NCBI RefSeq assembly: GCF_009914755.1
Contig: NC_060932.1
DNA: 64,000 nucleotides
Reading direction: 5' to 3' (one strand)
Source: the human T2T-CHM13v2.0 reference genome, Homo sapiens
How positions within the stretch are numbered: position 1 is the first letter of the stretch; the number at the start of each line of letters is the position of its first letter. The position numbers were made by a program, and so were the translations under genes. A model generated the notes under the pieces. That model made no database searches and was not told the DNA's origin. It worked only from the letters and a program-made list of their open reading frames with translations. Shown in pieces: positions 44,547-57,717 of this stretch.

Positions 44547-46698
44547 AAGACTGAGCATCATAGACTCATTGTTTCATTTTGCATCTGCATTATCTTTCCT
44601 TCCTGGTTGATTTCCTTCCAAAATTTTCTAAAATTATAACTTTTCTATAATTAAATTTTGCATATATCCAGGTGTTACTTAGTGTTCTATAATATAGACA
44701 CCCACGGATGTTGAACTGCTCATCTAATTTATTCCTCCCCATGTATTTTGTTCTTTTCTTATTTTGTGTACAAAACAAATTTGTTGTCAACATTTTTCTG
44801 AAATACTATTAAAATTTGAACTTCCTAATACATTTTTGTCTATTTTACTTATATGCATTTTACCCTCAAAGGTTTACAAATTCTAGTGCATAATAAAATT
44901 CTCATTAGACCATGCAAAAAGAAACTGAACCATTGTGGGTGTGTATGTGTATGAATGTGCATGCCCTATAGTTGCTACAAATTTGTCTTTTTTATATTAG
45001 AGATGATCTTTCCTCCCTTTTTAGTTTTGATGCTAAATTGTTGTTTCTTTTATAATTATATATATAATATAATTATGGGATTTTTTTAAAGATGAAATTA
45101 TTTTAAAAAGTTACTTTACTTTGAAAAAGCAAAAGCTGAAAGTTGTATGTTAGACTTTTTGTATGTTTGCTGTTTAATTTGTATTGATTAAGAAATCCCA
45201 TATGGAAAACCCCGGAGTAATAATATTACTATTTCATGCCAAGAACTACAGAACAATTCAATCATGCAGCTAAGGAACTGTTGATGATCTCATAGTGCTA
45301 TCATGCCATTAACAGAGAAGGAACTGAGGCACGGAGAGGTGGAGTTGTATGCTCAGAGTAAGATGGTAATAAAAGACAAGCAGAGCAAGGACTAAAGCCA
45401 GGTTTCCTGAGTCAGTCATTCTCCTCCACTGCCCTACATCACTTTTTATTCTGCCTTGTTTATTCATGTTTAGAATGGCATTTTCAAAAAATCTGAGAGA
45501 GTTCATAATCAATATTTCTAGGGTGAGAAAAATCACAAATATCTGGTAAAAAGGCACCTCTTTCTTTGGAGCTGAACGTATAATTGAGGATTTCACACTT
45601 CAGCATTATTCAATCTTAATCTTCAACGAACTTAGTAAAATCTCATTTTGATCAGAATAGGTTCCATACTATTATATGACTTCCCAGCCATAATTGGATT
45701 CCTCGGACACCACAGGAGTTCTAATTGTAAATGCAAAGCAATTTCAAAATTAGTTACTCATGTGGTCCATGTTGAAAGCCTTAGAAAGGTTTTAAAATAA
45801 GGTGTCATTTCATTTCTGGGTGATTTTCAGAGGCTAACATAATGCCATCACTCTTTCCTTCCATAATTTTCAGAAGGCCTGAGCAATCTACATGATTTTC
45901 AATCTTTCCCCTTCTAAAGATTTCAGGAATAACATATTAGAGACAAATGTAGTAGAACTACCACAGAACCTAAAACAGCAAATTGGATTTCCAAAGAAAA
46001 AATGAGATGGCACACATCTATAAATCGTAATACTGTCATGGTATTCTCTCTGCTTAAAGTTTGACCATACTTAAGCATTTTCTTCATGTCATGGTCAATT
46101 GAAAGATTTTTGAAATTCAAATCTTTATATTTGAATTTAATCTTATCAGCCACATAGCCTGGTATAGATTAAAGACAACAAGCCTGGAAATCCCATCCCT
46201 TGGGTTCTAATTCTGTTTTGCATTACCTCCTTGTGTAATGAGTGACTCATTCTTCTGTACCTCTACATCTTCATGTCTTGGAAATGAAGATCAAAATTCT
46301 GGCATAATCTATAAGGTTCTATGTTGATCAAATGATGTTAGATGTGGAAACCTGCTTTATAAATTCAAACTCCACCTAAATGCAAGGTCATAGATTTATA
46401 GTAATAAACAAGTAAATATATCTAGTACATACTAGATTCCAGGTGCCATGATAAATGCTTCATGCATTCTTTGGCTCCTCATGACAACTCAGAAGAATAG
46501 GAACCATTGTTATTCCAAGTTTACAAATAAGGAAACTGAGAATAGAGAGGCAAAGTAGCTTGCTCAAAATCACACAGCTGGTGAATAGCAAACAGAACCC
46601 AGAGCCCATCATCTTAGCTGTGATGTCGTATGGCTTCCAAGGCTGACATCAGTGATCAGAAGGAAATAAGGATGCTGAAACAGAAAGAGTATATATGC

Positions 46699-47134
46699 TG
46701 TTATGGGTTGAATTGTGTCCCCCTACAAAAAAAAAATATGTTGAAGTTTTAACCACAGTTACCTCAGAATGTGACCTTATTTCAAAATGATGTCATTGCA
46801 AATGTAATTAGTTAAGACAAGGTCATGCTAGAGTAGCATGGGCCCCTAATCCAATATGACTTGTGTTCTTATAAAAAGGGGAAATTTGGAGAAAAACACA
46901 TACATGAAAAGAATGATGTGTAAATATAAGGGTTATGGTGCCATAAGCCAAGGAACTACCAGAATGTAAGAGAGAGGCCTAGGATAGATTCTTCCTTTGA
47001 AACTTCAGAGGGAACGTGGCACTGAAGACACCTTGCTCTCAGACTTCTAAACTCCAGAATAAATTTCTGTCATTTGGATCACTCAGTTTTTTTTGTTTTT
47101 TTGTTTTGTTATGGCAGCCGTAGGAAATGAATCC
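46699..47134 (+). mobile_element. MLT1B/C LTR
   Basis: tgttatgggttgaattgtgtcccc...cctcagaatgtgaccttattt...gttatggcagccgtaggaaatgaatcca. Confidence 0.9.
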
Positions 47135-48952
47135 ATGGGTACATATGACTTGTGAAAATCAGCTCTCTGATTTATTTATTCATCCTTTGAAAATCTATGG
47201 AGAGGTACCCTTGTAGGGTATGCATGGATCTGACTGCAGATCAGGCCAAGGTGAGTGGAGAGGAGGCCACTGACTTCCAGTGATAGTGACTCTGGACCCT
47301 TCTTGGATCATCTGTGAAAAGCAGAACCTAATATCATCCATAGAAATGACAACGAGAACACATGGAATCAGTCCAGGGAAAGCTAAAGGAAACACAGTCT
47401 TCCCTTGACATCTGTGACACAAATACTTGGTTTTCTTCTTGCCTCTGAGGTCATTCTTTCTCAGGTACCTCTGCAACCACCTTATCCTAACTCATCTATG
47501 TAATGTTGGGGCTTCTCAGGCTTAGTCCCAGATTGGGTAAGTTCCTACTTTATGAACTTTCCCAGTTAATTTGTTCCCTCCTGTGGCTTACATCACCCTC
47601 TATGATGCTGCTTTTGCACAATACAGTGGTTAAAAATCCTCATTGCACTATTGCCTAGCTATGGAATCTTGAGAGTTAATGTCTTTAGTACACTGCTCCT
47701 CAGTTTTCTCACTTATGAAATAGAGATAAAAATAGCATGTTCTTTCAAGTTTTTTGGGAGAATGTATATGAAGTATTATATGTGTAATAAACTATATATA
47801 TAAAAGAGCAGTCATGAACTCAGAGAGTTTCATATCTGACAGTGAATATAGACAAATATATTTATGAATAATTTGCATGCAAATATGGGTTGGGAGATAG
47901 GGAAAAATAAAGCAAGAGGAAGAGAGTGTCACATGCAGAAATTTCAACTAGGGTGTGACCCAGGTGGGGAAATCCATTGGCACTGAAAACATATTACCTG
48001 GGCAAAAAGTAGCTAAAGAAGAGCCAGAGAGAGACCTTCTAAGCCATGGGTTCCAGTACCCAGGTAGTTTTAAGATGCAACAAAATTGATTGCTTCACAC
48101 CTATTAAACATCAATTGTTTGTTTTTAGCCTGCTTGTCTACACCATAGTACAGATGGATACATATTACTAATAAGCTGCTTACTATTCTTCTGAGACAAA
48201 CTCAGAGAAAATGAGGCTGCTGCTCATTGGAACAGTCTTGCTTTTAGGGAATGGGAGAGATAGGAAAATTTTCAGATTATTTCCTCCTGGCTGCTACTGG
48301 CCAACTTTCATCCCAGAGGAATTAATCCTTTTGCACTTCCAGATTATTACCTGGCCCCTTCAGCAGATTCTGAGGAAGCCCAAAGGGTCACCCTCTGGGT
48401 GAAGCTGATTCAAGTTATGCCACAGAACTAGAGAGCAGGGGGCAATAGCCACAGGTGGGCCAGGTCAGCCTGTGAGATGAGGCGGATGCTGCAGTGTCTA
48501 TTTGAGAGCCACAGAGTGTAAGAGTTGATAGCACATGCAGATCCTGTGCCCAAAGAGGTGCATGATGTGGAACAAGTGGCAAGGGCCCTGGAGACAAGTG
48601 AGGCCAGAAGACCTGGGTCTGAACCTAAATAAAAGCTGCCAGACACACCAATTCTTAGGTGCTGGGAAGCTCTTAAATGAAGTTAATGGCCCAGCAATTC
48701 CATGAGTTAATTACAATGTCTTCATTCAACATTTAAGAGACCTGAGTGGAAGTCAGATGGTGTAAGTGGTAAAACAGGATCCTAATAGGGTCTAGTGACT
48801 CCAAACCTAGAAGTATTTCCATTTTATTATATCATCATAGTTCAGCAAGCCAAGATGTAAACTATGTATGTGGATCCCAGACTTTTTACTCATAAATGTT
48901 CTCGTACTAATAAAAGTCCAAAACAATTTAGCTCAACAAGGTAACTGATCAG

Positions 48953-49565
48953 TGTATCAGGCAGACATTTTAAGTTGTTTCCCAAATCCTTGACTTCTTG
49001 ATGTACATACATCTCCCAGTTATATAAGCAAACACTGATGTGGGTGTTATTGTAAAGGGATTTTGAAGACACATTTAAGGTCTCAAATCGGTTGATATGG
49101 AGATTATCATATCCTTAAGATATGGAGATTATCTGGGTGAATCTGACCTAATCACAGAAGCCCTTTAAGTCTGGGTCTAGAGGTCAGAGACAAAATCAGA
49201 GATTTAGACCTCTTGATCCTAGCTTAAAGATGGAAAATGGAGGGGACCACATGCAGAGGAATGTGGGTGGCCTCTAGTTGCTGAAAGTAGCCCCCACCTT
49301 ACATCCAGCAGGAAAGCAGTGACCTCAAGTCCTATAAGCACAAGGAGCTAAATTTTGCAATCAAACAAAAGAAGCTTGGAAGCAGACTTTTCCCCAATGC
49401 ATCCAGATGAGAACTCAGTGTTTTGATACCTTGATTTCAGGTTTGTGAAGATGACCTAGTCATCCCATGATGGACTTCTGAACTACAGAACTGTAAACTA
49501 ATAATTAGGTAATATTTCGACCCACTGCATTTGTGGTAATCTGTGCAACAATCATCACCAATGCA
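48953..49565 (+). mobile_element. MLT1E-like LTR
   Basis: ggagattatctgggtg...gtgggtggcctctag...ccagatgagaactcag...gacttctgaactacagaactgt. Confidence 0.8.
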
Positions 49566-51949
49566 GTGGATTAAAACACTACCCAATTATTAGTTTATTA
49601 ATAGAAAATTAATATGACCAAACAAATTCTGTCTTCCTTCCTCTTTTTTTTCCTTCATTCCAAAAATATTACTCTATAATTACTGAGTGCAAGACATTAC
49701 GCAAAGAGGAAAAGAATGAATAGGATATAACTTCTACTCTCAAGTATCTCTCATTTAGAATATAAGTTTAGGACATAGCTATAAGTAATCATCATAAATG
49801 ATATGGAGTGCTATGGACAGTACAGATAAAAATACTAGGAGGACATAAAAATATGGCATTGATCTGATGATGAAAGAATGCAAACATGTGTATGTTTGAG
49901 TGTGGGGGCATTATTCCAGGGAGAGGGGCAATGCAAGTCATGACAGAAAGGAAGAAAATTGCTACCACATACACAAAACAGTCATTAGCCATATTAGGCT
50001 CCAGGACAGGTTAGGTTAACTGTTGGAACCTTATAGCAGACAACTCTAAACTTCAAATGTAAGAAATCCTTATAGAAGAAAAAATCTGGAGTAAAGCTTT
50101 GGTCAGTAGTCATTTTCAAATGAATTACTAAAGTCTCTGAGAGTTTGAGAGGTCCTGCTCAGTAAATAAGCAGGGTCTTGGGATCCTAGAAACTGAAAGT
50201 TGAAGGATGCCTTAAAGACTATTCACTCAAACATATCATATTACAAGAGAAGACACTGGGATCCCAGTAGTAGTAGCAGTAGTAGTAGTGATGGTGAATA
50301 GGCATGACTTATTTGGGCTTGCATTCTGAAGTGGGAATTTCACTTACCAGTGCTCAGGAAATTCTCACAGCACACCCAGGAGACGTGGCCATCTGCTAAG
50401 TAAGGAAAATGTAAGGGGAGGTCCTAGGGGTTGGACCACAATCTGCTCATTGTACGTCCTGTGCATTTAATTATGGCACCTATAGCCTTCCCAAATAGTC
50501 AGAGTCTCCAAGTTGAATTGTGGGAATGTAGGGTCCAAATGTCAGCCCTCCTGGGGGGGAGCACTTATCATATGGTAAGTACTGTGATAGGCTTGGGGCC
50601 ACCAATATTAATAAGACCTGTCCCATCCCTCCAGGAGGTCATGGCATAAACTCCTTCCCACTGTCAGGCACTGGGAGTTGTGTGTAATAATCAGCTTAAG
50701 ACCTTGTCTAGCTTCTAGGCCAGGTGTTAAGAGGGTTGGTTTTGCATTCAGACCTATCTTGGTTCAAATTCTGTCACTGTCATTTATCTACCTCGTGGCT
50801 TTGGGGAAATTAGTGACTCTCTGTGACTCTAAATTATCTTATCTGTAAAATAGGCATAAAGACACCCACCACACAGGGCGATTGTGATGGTTAGAGGTAA
50901 TGTAGCATTTGCTCAATACATGTTAGATCTTGTTACTTTGATTGCTTTCTGATTCAAGACAGCAGTTCTGCCTCTCTCTGTAGTTATCAGCAGTGACTCA
51001 CCACCAGTCCTCCCTAAACAAGAGATTCCTAGAATCTGCCACTTTATGGAAATAAAGCTTTTCCAGCATGTCCTGAGTGAGTGCAGGGAAGCCTCCTCTA
51101 GAAGCAAGTACTGCTTCCCATAGAGGGAAGCCCTTACTCAAATGCCTCAAGCTTGGAGTGAGGAGAGAGGACTCCCATTCCTCCCTGCAGGACAGAACTA
51201 TACGAATTGACACTGTATTCTCACCAATCTGACACACTCAGCCCTTGGAGAGTGGGAGTAGGTACCTGATTGTGGTGCCTGGGAGAAAGGTTCTGTTCCT
51301 GCAGGATCTTTAGTTCCCCTCTGCAGATCCCAAGTCTCCGCCCACCAGATGAGGTTTCTTCATCTGCCACTTAGTGGGAAAATTAGACTAATTCAATAGG
51401 AGCATGGTCAAATGCTCAGGGGAGTCCCAGTCAAGCTTCAGGAGGTTTATAGTGATTCCTTCACCGACTAGCTATGTGACCTCAGGCAAGTTACAACCAA
51501 AGCAACAACAACAATAAAAATCTTTCTGTGCCTTGGTTTCCCCATCTATAAAACTGCAGTAATAACAGTAACCACCTCAAAGAGTCATTATGAAGATGAA
51601 GTAAATTAACATTTGTAAAGTGCTTGGAAGAGTGCTAAACACAAGGTATGTTCTATGTGGTATATTTATATAAGCTAAAGGTACAAAACACTTCAGCAAT
51701 TCTTTCTCAATTATTTCAGATTCCATAAAGGAGAAGGGTGTGATTACTTATCATCACAATAGGTAATATTTATTGTGTTAGTACAAAATGCCAAATATCG
51801 TTCCAAAGCATTTATATTTATTAAGTTATTTAACCTTATGGGATATGCACTGCAATTATCCTTACTTAAGAAATGAAAAAATGTAGAGAGAAAAATTTCA
51901 TAATTTTGTCATGAATATTTAACAGATTTGGCAAGGTTTTCTGCCAAGG

Positions 51950-52183
51950 GCTGGATTATATATTAACTGAATATATCAATATATAATTGTTAGCTGTATC
52001 ATTAATGCTATCATAATTAATATAATTAAATATATTAATCATGCATAATTAATATAATTAAATATATTAATCATGCATAATTAATATATAATTATATTAA
52101 CATAATGTATTAATTACAATATATTATATTATATATTAACATATATAAACATATATAATATTAACATAAAATGTAATATGATA
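51950..52183. repeat. AT-rich low complexity with a 32-bp tandem repeat
   Basis: cataattaatataattaaatatattaatcatg x2 (52012-52075) plus a partial third copy. AT-rich sequence resumes at 52806-52950. Confidence 0.9.
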
Positions 52184-52805
52184 AAGATGTCTCCAAAGTA
52201 CAGTGGTTCGACTTTCAATTTTTCTACTTCAAAGTGGTGCAAAAGCAATATGCATCCAGTAGAAACCATACTTTGGGTACTCATACAACCATTCTGCTTT
52301 CACTTTCGATACAGTATTCAATAAATTACATCCCTGTATTATAAGCATTTAACACTTTATTATAAAATAAGCTTTGTGGTAGTTGATTTTTGCTTAACTG
52401 CAGGCTAATGTAAGTGTTCTGAGCACATTTAAGATAGGATAAGATAAACTATGACATTCAGTAGATTAGATATATTAAATGCACTTGAGATTTGTGATCT
52501 TTTCTCTTTTCTTTTCATTTTTGAAACAGGGTTTCACTCTCATCATCTGGGCTGGAGTGCAATCTCAGCTCACTGCAACCTCCCTCTCTCGGGTTCAAGC
52601 CATTCTCCTGCCCCAGCCTCCCAAGTAGCTGGAGGTGCGCAGGTGTACACCACTGCGCCAGGCTAATTTTTGTATTTTTAGTAGAGATGGGGTTTCGCCA
52701 TGTTTCCCAGGCTGGTCGATTTGTGATATTTTCGATTTATGATGGGTTTATGGGTTTCAATTTATGATGGGTTTAACATACAATGAGTAAGTGTAGTAGC
52801 ACGTG
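52184..52805 (-). mobile_element. MER47A (Tigger-type) DNA transposon interrupted by an Alu
   Basis: ggttcgac...cagtagaaaccatactt...ggctaatgtaagtgttctgagcac...gatgggttta. TA dinucleotide on both flanks. Confidence 0.88.
52499..52717 (-). mobile_element. 5'-truncated Alu (J/S)
   Basis: Right arm plus part of the left arm. Perfect 10-bp TSD gatttgtgat at 52489-52498 and 52718-52727. Confidence 0.93.
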
Positions 52806-55003
52806 TATTATACATAATATATATTATTATAATAGTGTGTAATCATTATATATTATGATACATTACATAACATATATTATATAATTATATATCATTATAT
52901 GTAATATGTAAACATTACATTATATTCATATGTATTTCATATATTATAATCTGTCTTCAAGGAGGACAGATATTGGCTATGTGATTGGAATGCTCAGAAT
53001 CATCAGTATAGGGCACTATAGGGATCCACAATTGGATCACATTACAAAGAAAAAATAAAAATATAGCATCTTTATTGAAAAACAAATGATCAAGTAAGGT
53101 TCACTTGGCTATCTTGTGAGAACTTTTAGTTAAAGTCATTACTGCATGGGTAATGCTAACAGTTCCAGGTGAGTTCTCAGTTGGCCTCTGAAAAAGAGCC
53201 TGTTTTAATTCTGCTGTCTATTGAAGAGTGGAAATTACTAGTCAGTTTACAATACAGCTGGGAATGGCATACCACCTTAGAGACTCTTGGAAAAAAGCCC
53301 AATCTTTCTCAAAGAGCATAGTAGACTGAATGAATCAGATACACAACCTTAAGAAAATTTAGGTCCAAAGAAAAATAGTGTAGATGCTAGTCCACTTTGA
53401 GGCATTGTTATAGACACTAGGAATGGAACAGTGAACCAAAGATGGTGAAGTTCTCATTTTATACAACTTACTTTCTAGAAGGGGAAAATAAAAAATAAAC
53501 AAATAGACAAACAAATAGACAAAGCTGGTAATACATTCCAAGATAAAAAGTATAAAAGATAAAAGGAACAGAGATTGAGTGGATATAGGGGGTATTATTT
53601 TAAATAGGTTGGTCAAGAAAGTCCTTATTATAGAAATGGCATTTGAACCAAGGTCTGAATAAAATGAGAAAACCTCAACACACAGAGGAATCCCCCCAAA
53701 CATCAAATGCAAATACATGAAAGCTGTCTGCATTAATTGTGGTTTTCTCCATGTGTACTGCCAGCTGGCATACCTGTGCAGTCAGTCTCAGAGCAGAGGA
53801 GCAGAAGTCTGGCTAGATATCCAGTCTCCTTTCCCCCAACAGAAGCAAGATCACCATTCTAGCCTTTCCTTCCTGTGCACCATGCTGGTGACACCTTCCC
53901 TATCCCAATTTCTCAATATTTATACTCAGGTAGGTTCATTTGTACAGGTAATTTTTGCAACATTTTTAATACCTGCAAATGCAGTACTTATTCTGCTTCT
54001 CATTACCATTCTCTAGAGTCATTTCTTACTGATATCTGCTAAGGCTAAAATTATCTTTTATCCTATTCCTGAGCCCTTCTTAGCCACTTTCTTGCTCAAG
54101 GTATTTAAGAATATTAAACAGGAACAAAATCTTATCATAAAATGTGATATGAAGAAAATGTGTGGGAGGGTCCTATCTAATACTAGGGGGAATGAGGGCA
54201 CATGAAAATGGTGGCCTGTATTCCAATTAGAATGCAAGGGCAATTGCTTACTTGCCTCTGAGTGCAACTAGCACAGTGTCTGGCACCTACTTGATCCTTA
54301 ATATTACCTTGGAGCTGAATTTAACAATGAGTCTATGATTCTAGCAATAAATTAGGTCAAGAGAGTTTATTTATCAACCTATCAGAATCCAAGGTAAAAA
54401 CATAGAGCAAACATAAAAGTTATTCAACAAACAATAGTTCCCTTTAAAGAATCCCCAATTAGCTTTCCAATATACACCAGTGGACTGACATCCTCAGCCA
54501 GTGCTGCAGATCACAAGTTCTGTATGTGTGCTCAGGCACTGCATGAACATTGGTTAATAGTTGTGGATTGAGATGTAAAACATCCTGGATCAGCAGGTCT
54601 AGTCACAGATGCAAAATGTTGATGCACAGTGATCTGAAACAACCTCTTTTTTAAGATGATGCCTTAGTTCATCAATAGCTAAGAAGACAGGCAAGGCAAT
54701 TATGTTAAAGACCAATTCCTTTTTGTTTTAGATTATACAGTGTGTTAGGGCATCTGTTGCAGGTGCTATATACTCTAAGGGATGGCCTAGGCATCCTGAC
54801 TTTGTTCTTTTTCTCTGTCCTGCCTATCCAAGCCTCATATTATCATGCATAGACAGAGGTGTCTAAGGTGGGCCTGGGCATAATGTAGAGATCATGAACC
54901 TGAAAGCATGCTCAAAGTCTCACTTTTCCCTTAATAGTTTCTTTATGGAAAAGCAGAGATAACATTTAATCCTTAAGTTGATATAAGAGTTCCATATAAG
55001 AAT

Positions 55004-55362
55004 ATCACCATTCTACTCTCTGTATTTAATGAATTTGAAGATTTTAGCCACCTCATGCAATATTTGTCCTTGAGACTGGATTATTTCACTTAACATAATG
55101 TTCTCCAGTTTCATCCATGATGTTGCCTGTAGCGGGATTTCTTTCTAAATTATGGTGAAATAATATACTATTGTATGTTTATACTGCAATTTTTAAATCC
55201 ATTTATCCATAAGGAAGGGGAAATGGGGAGATGCAAATGAATGAGGATAAAATTTCAGTTATGCAAAATAAATAAGTCCTGAAAATTTGCTGCACAATAT
55301 TTTATCTACAGATAACAACATGAAGATCTCATTTTATATATTCTTACCACATTAAAATAAAG
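55004..55362 (+). mobile_element. Short L1MA/MB 3' end with 5' inversion
   Basis: 55004-55210 is antisense and 55211-55362 is sense. The two pieces are nearly adjacent in the recalled consensus. Confidence 0.75.
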
Positions 55363-55702
55363 AAATCAGATTTGGCACTTAATAGTTTTAATGTCCAACT
55401 CATATTTTTAATCTATTAGTTTAAAGTCACTTAATTATTAGAATCCACAGTACAAACTCACCTCTAAGTCCTGAAAACATTGTCTATATGTGCCATTTTT
55501 TCAGTAATTCAGCATAAACAACTTTATAATATTCATTCAACATTCAGCTAATTATTAGATATCTACTTTGTTGCAGAGCTAGAGGCTTGAGATTTAAAAG
55601 TAAATAGGAATAGATAGAAATTTTGGTAAACTGCAAAAGAATGATCACCTAAAACCAACTTTGGGAGCATAAGGCGTTCATTGCATGTTTACATTTACCA
55701 CT

Positions 55703-57717
55703 TGTATTAATCTGTTCTCATGCTGCTAATAAAGGTGTACCCAAGACTGGATAAATTATAAAGGAAAAATAGCTTTAATGGACTCACAGTTCCAAATGGC
55801 TAGGGAGGCCTTGGGACACAACCAAACTGTATCATCCTGCCCCTGGCCCCTCTCAAATGTCATGTCCTCACATTTTAAAACCAATCATGCCTTCACAACA
55901 GTCTCCCAGAGTCTTAACTCATTTTAACATTAACTCAAAAGTCCACAGTCTCATCTGAGACAAGGCAAGTCTGTTTCACCTATGAGCCTGTAAAATCAAA
56001 AATCAAAAGCAAGTTAGTTACTTCCTAGATACAACTGGGGTACAGGCATTGGGTAAATACACCCATTCCAAATGGGAGAAATTGGTCAAATAGAAGGGGC
56101 TAAAGGCCTCATCCAAGTCCAAAATCCAATGGGGCAGTCAAATTTCAAAGTTCCAAAATGATCTCCTTTGACTCCATGTCTTACATCCATTCAGGCTGAT
56201 GCAAGAGGTGGATCTCCATGGTCTTGGGCTCCACCCCTGTGGCTTTGCTGGGTACAGCCTCCTTCCTGGCTGCTTTCATGGGCTGGCATTGAGTGTCTGC
56301 AGCTTTTCCATGTGCACAGTACAAGCTGTTTGTGGATTTACCCTTCTGGGGTCTGGAGAATGGTGGCCCTCTTCTCACAACTCCACTAGACAGTGCCCCA
56401 GAGGGGACTCTATGTGGAGGCTTGCACCTCACATTTTCCTTCCATGCTGTCCTAGCAGAGGTTCTTCATGAGGGCCCCACCCCTGCAGTAAACTTCTGCC
56501 TGGTCATCCAGGGGTCTCCATACATCCTCTGAAATCCAGGTGGAGGTTCCCAAACCTCAATTATTTACTTCTGTGTACCCACAGGCCCAACACCATGCAT
56601 AAGCCACCAAGGCCTGGGGCTTGGGCCCTCTACAGCCATGGCCTGAGCTATACCTTGGGCCCTTTTAGCCATGGCTAGAGCAGCTGGGACACAGGATACC
56701 AAGTCCCTAGGCTGCACAGAGCAGGGGCACCCGGGGTCCAGCCCACGAAACTATTTTGACCTCCTAGGCCTTCAGGCCTGTGATGGAAGGGGTGCTGTGA
56801 CAGTCTCTGACATGCCCTGGAGACATTTTCTCCATTGTTTTGGTGATTAACGTTCAGGTCCTTGTTACTTTTGCAAATTTCTGCAGAGGGCTTGAATTTC
56901 TCCCCAGAAAATGGGTTTTTCTTTTCTATTGCGTTGTCAGCCTGAAAATTTTCCAAACTTTTATACTGTTTCCGCTTGAATAGTTTGGTGCTTAGAAATT
57001 TCTTCTGCCATGTACCCTAAATCATCTCTCTCAAGTTCAAAGTTCCACAAGCCTCTAAGGTGGGGCAAAATGCTGCCAGTCCTTTTGCACAGCAAAAGTG
57101 AATTACTCCAGTTCCCAACAAGTTCCTCATCTTCATCTGAGACCGCCTCAGCCTGGATTTTATTCTCCATATCACTATCAGCATTTTGGTCAAAGCCATT
57201 CAACAAGTCTATAGGAAGGTCCAAACTTTCCCACTTTTTCCTGTCTTCTTCTGAGCCCTCTAAACTGTTCCAACCTCTGCGTGTTAGCCAGTTCCAAAGG
57301 CGCTTCCATATTTTCAGGTACCTTTACAGCAATGCTCCTCTCCCAGTAACAATTTACTGTATTAGTCTGTTTTCATGCTGCTAATAAAGACATACCTGAG
57401 ACTGAGAAATTTATAAAGAAAAAGAGGTTTAATGGACTCACAGTTCCACATGGCTGGGGAGGCCTCACAATCATTGTGGAAGGTGAAGCAAAGGCACATC
57501 TTACATGACCACAGGCAAGACAGTTTGTGAAGGGGAACTCCCCTTTATAAAAACCATCAGATCTCATGAGACTTATTCAGTATCACAAGAACAGCATTGG
57601 AAACACCTGCCCCCATGATTCAATTATCTCCCACCAGGTCCCTCCCACAACAAGAGGGAATTTGGGGAGCTACAACTCAAGATGAAATTTGGGTGGGGAC
57701 ACAGCAAAACCCTATCA
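55703..57717 (-). mobile_element. Two-LTR THE1 (THE1C-like) element: 5'LTR 57358-57717, internal 55835-57357, internally deleted 3'LTR 55703-55834
   Basis: Perfect 5-bp TSD ccact at 55698-55702 and 57718-57722. Polypurine tract gaggggccaggggcagga (minus strand) next to the 3'LTR. THE1-int text throughout. Confidence 0.95.

Noticed and set aside
51364-51377. CTCF-like motif (minus strand CCACTAAGTGGCAG)
   Set aside because: Mismatch at a core G. A single such hit is expected by chance in 64 kb.
56168-57567. Cluster of 60-124 aa ORFs
   Set aside because: Frameshifted remnants of THE1 internal and LTR sequence.
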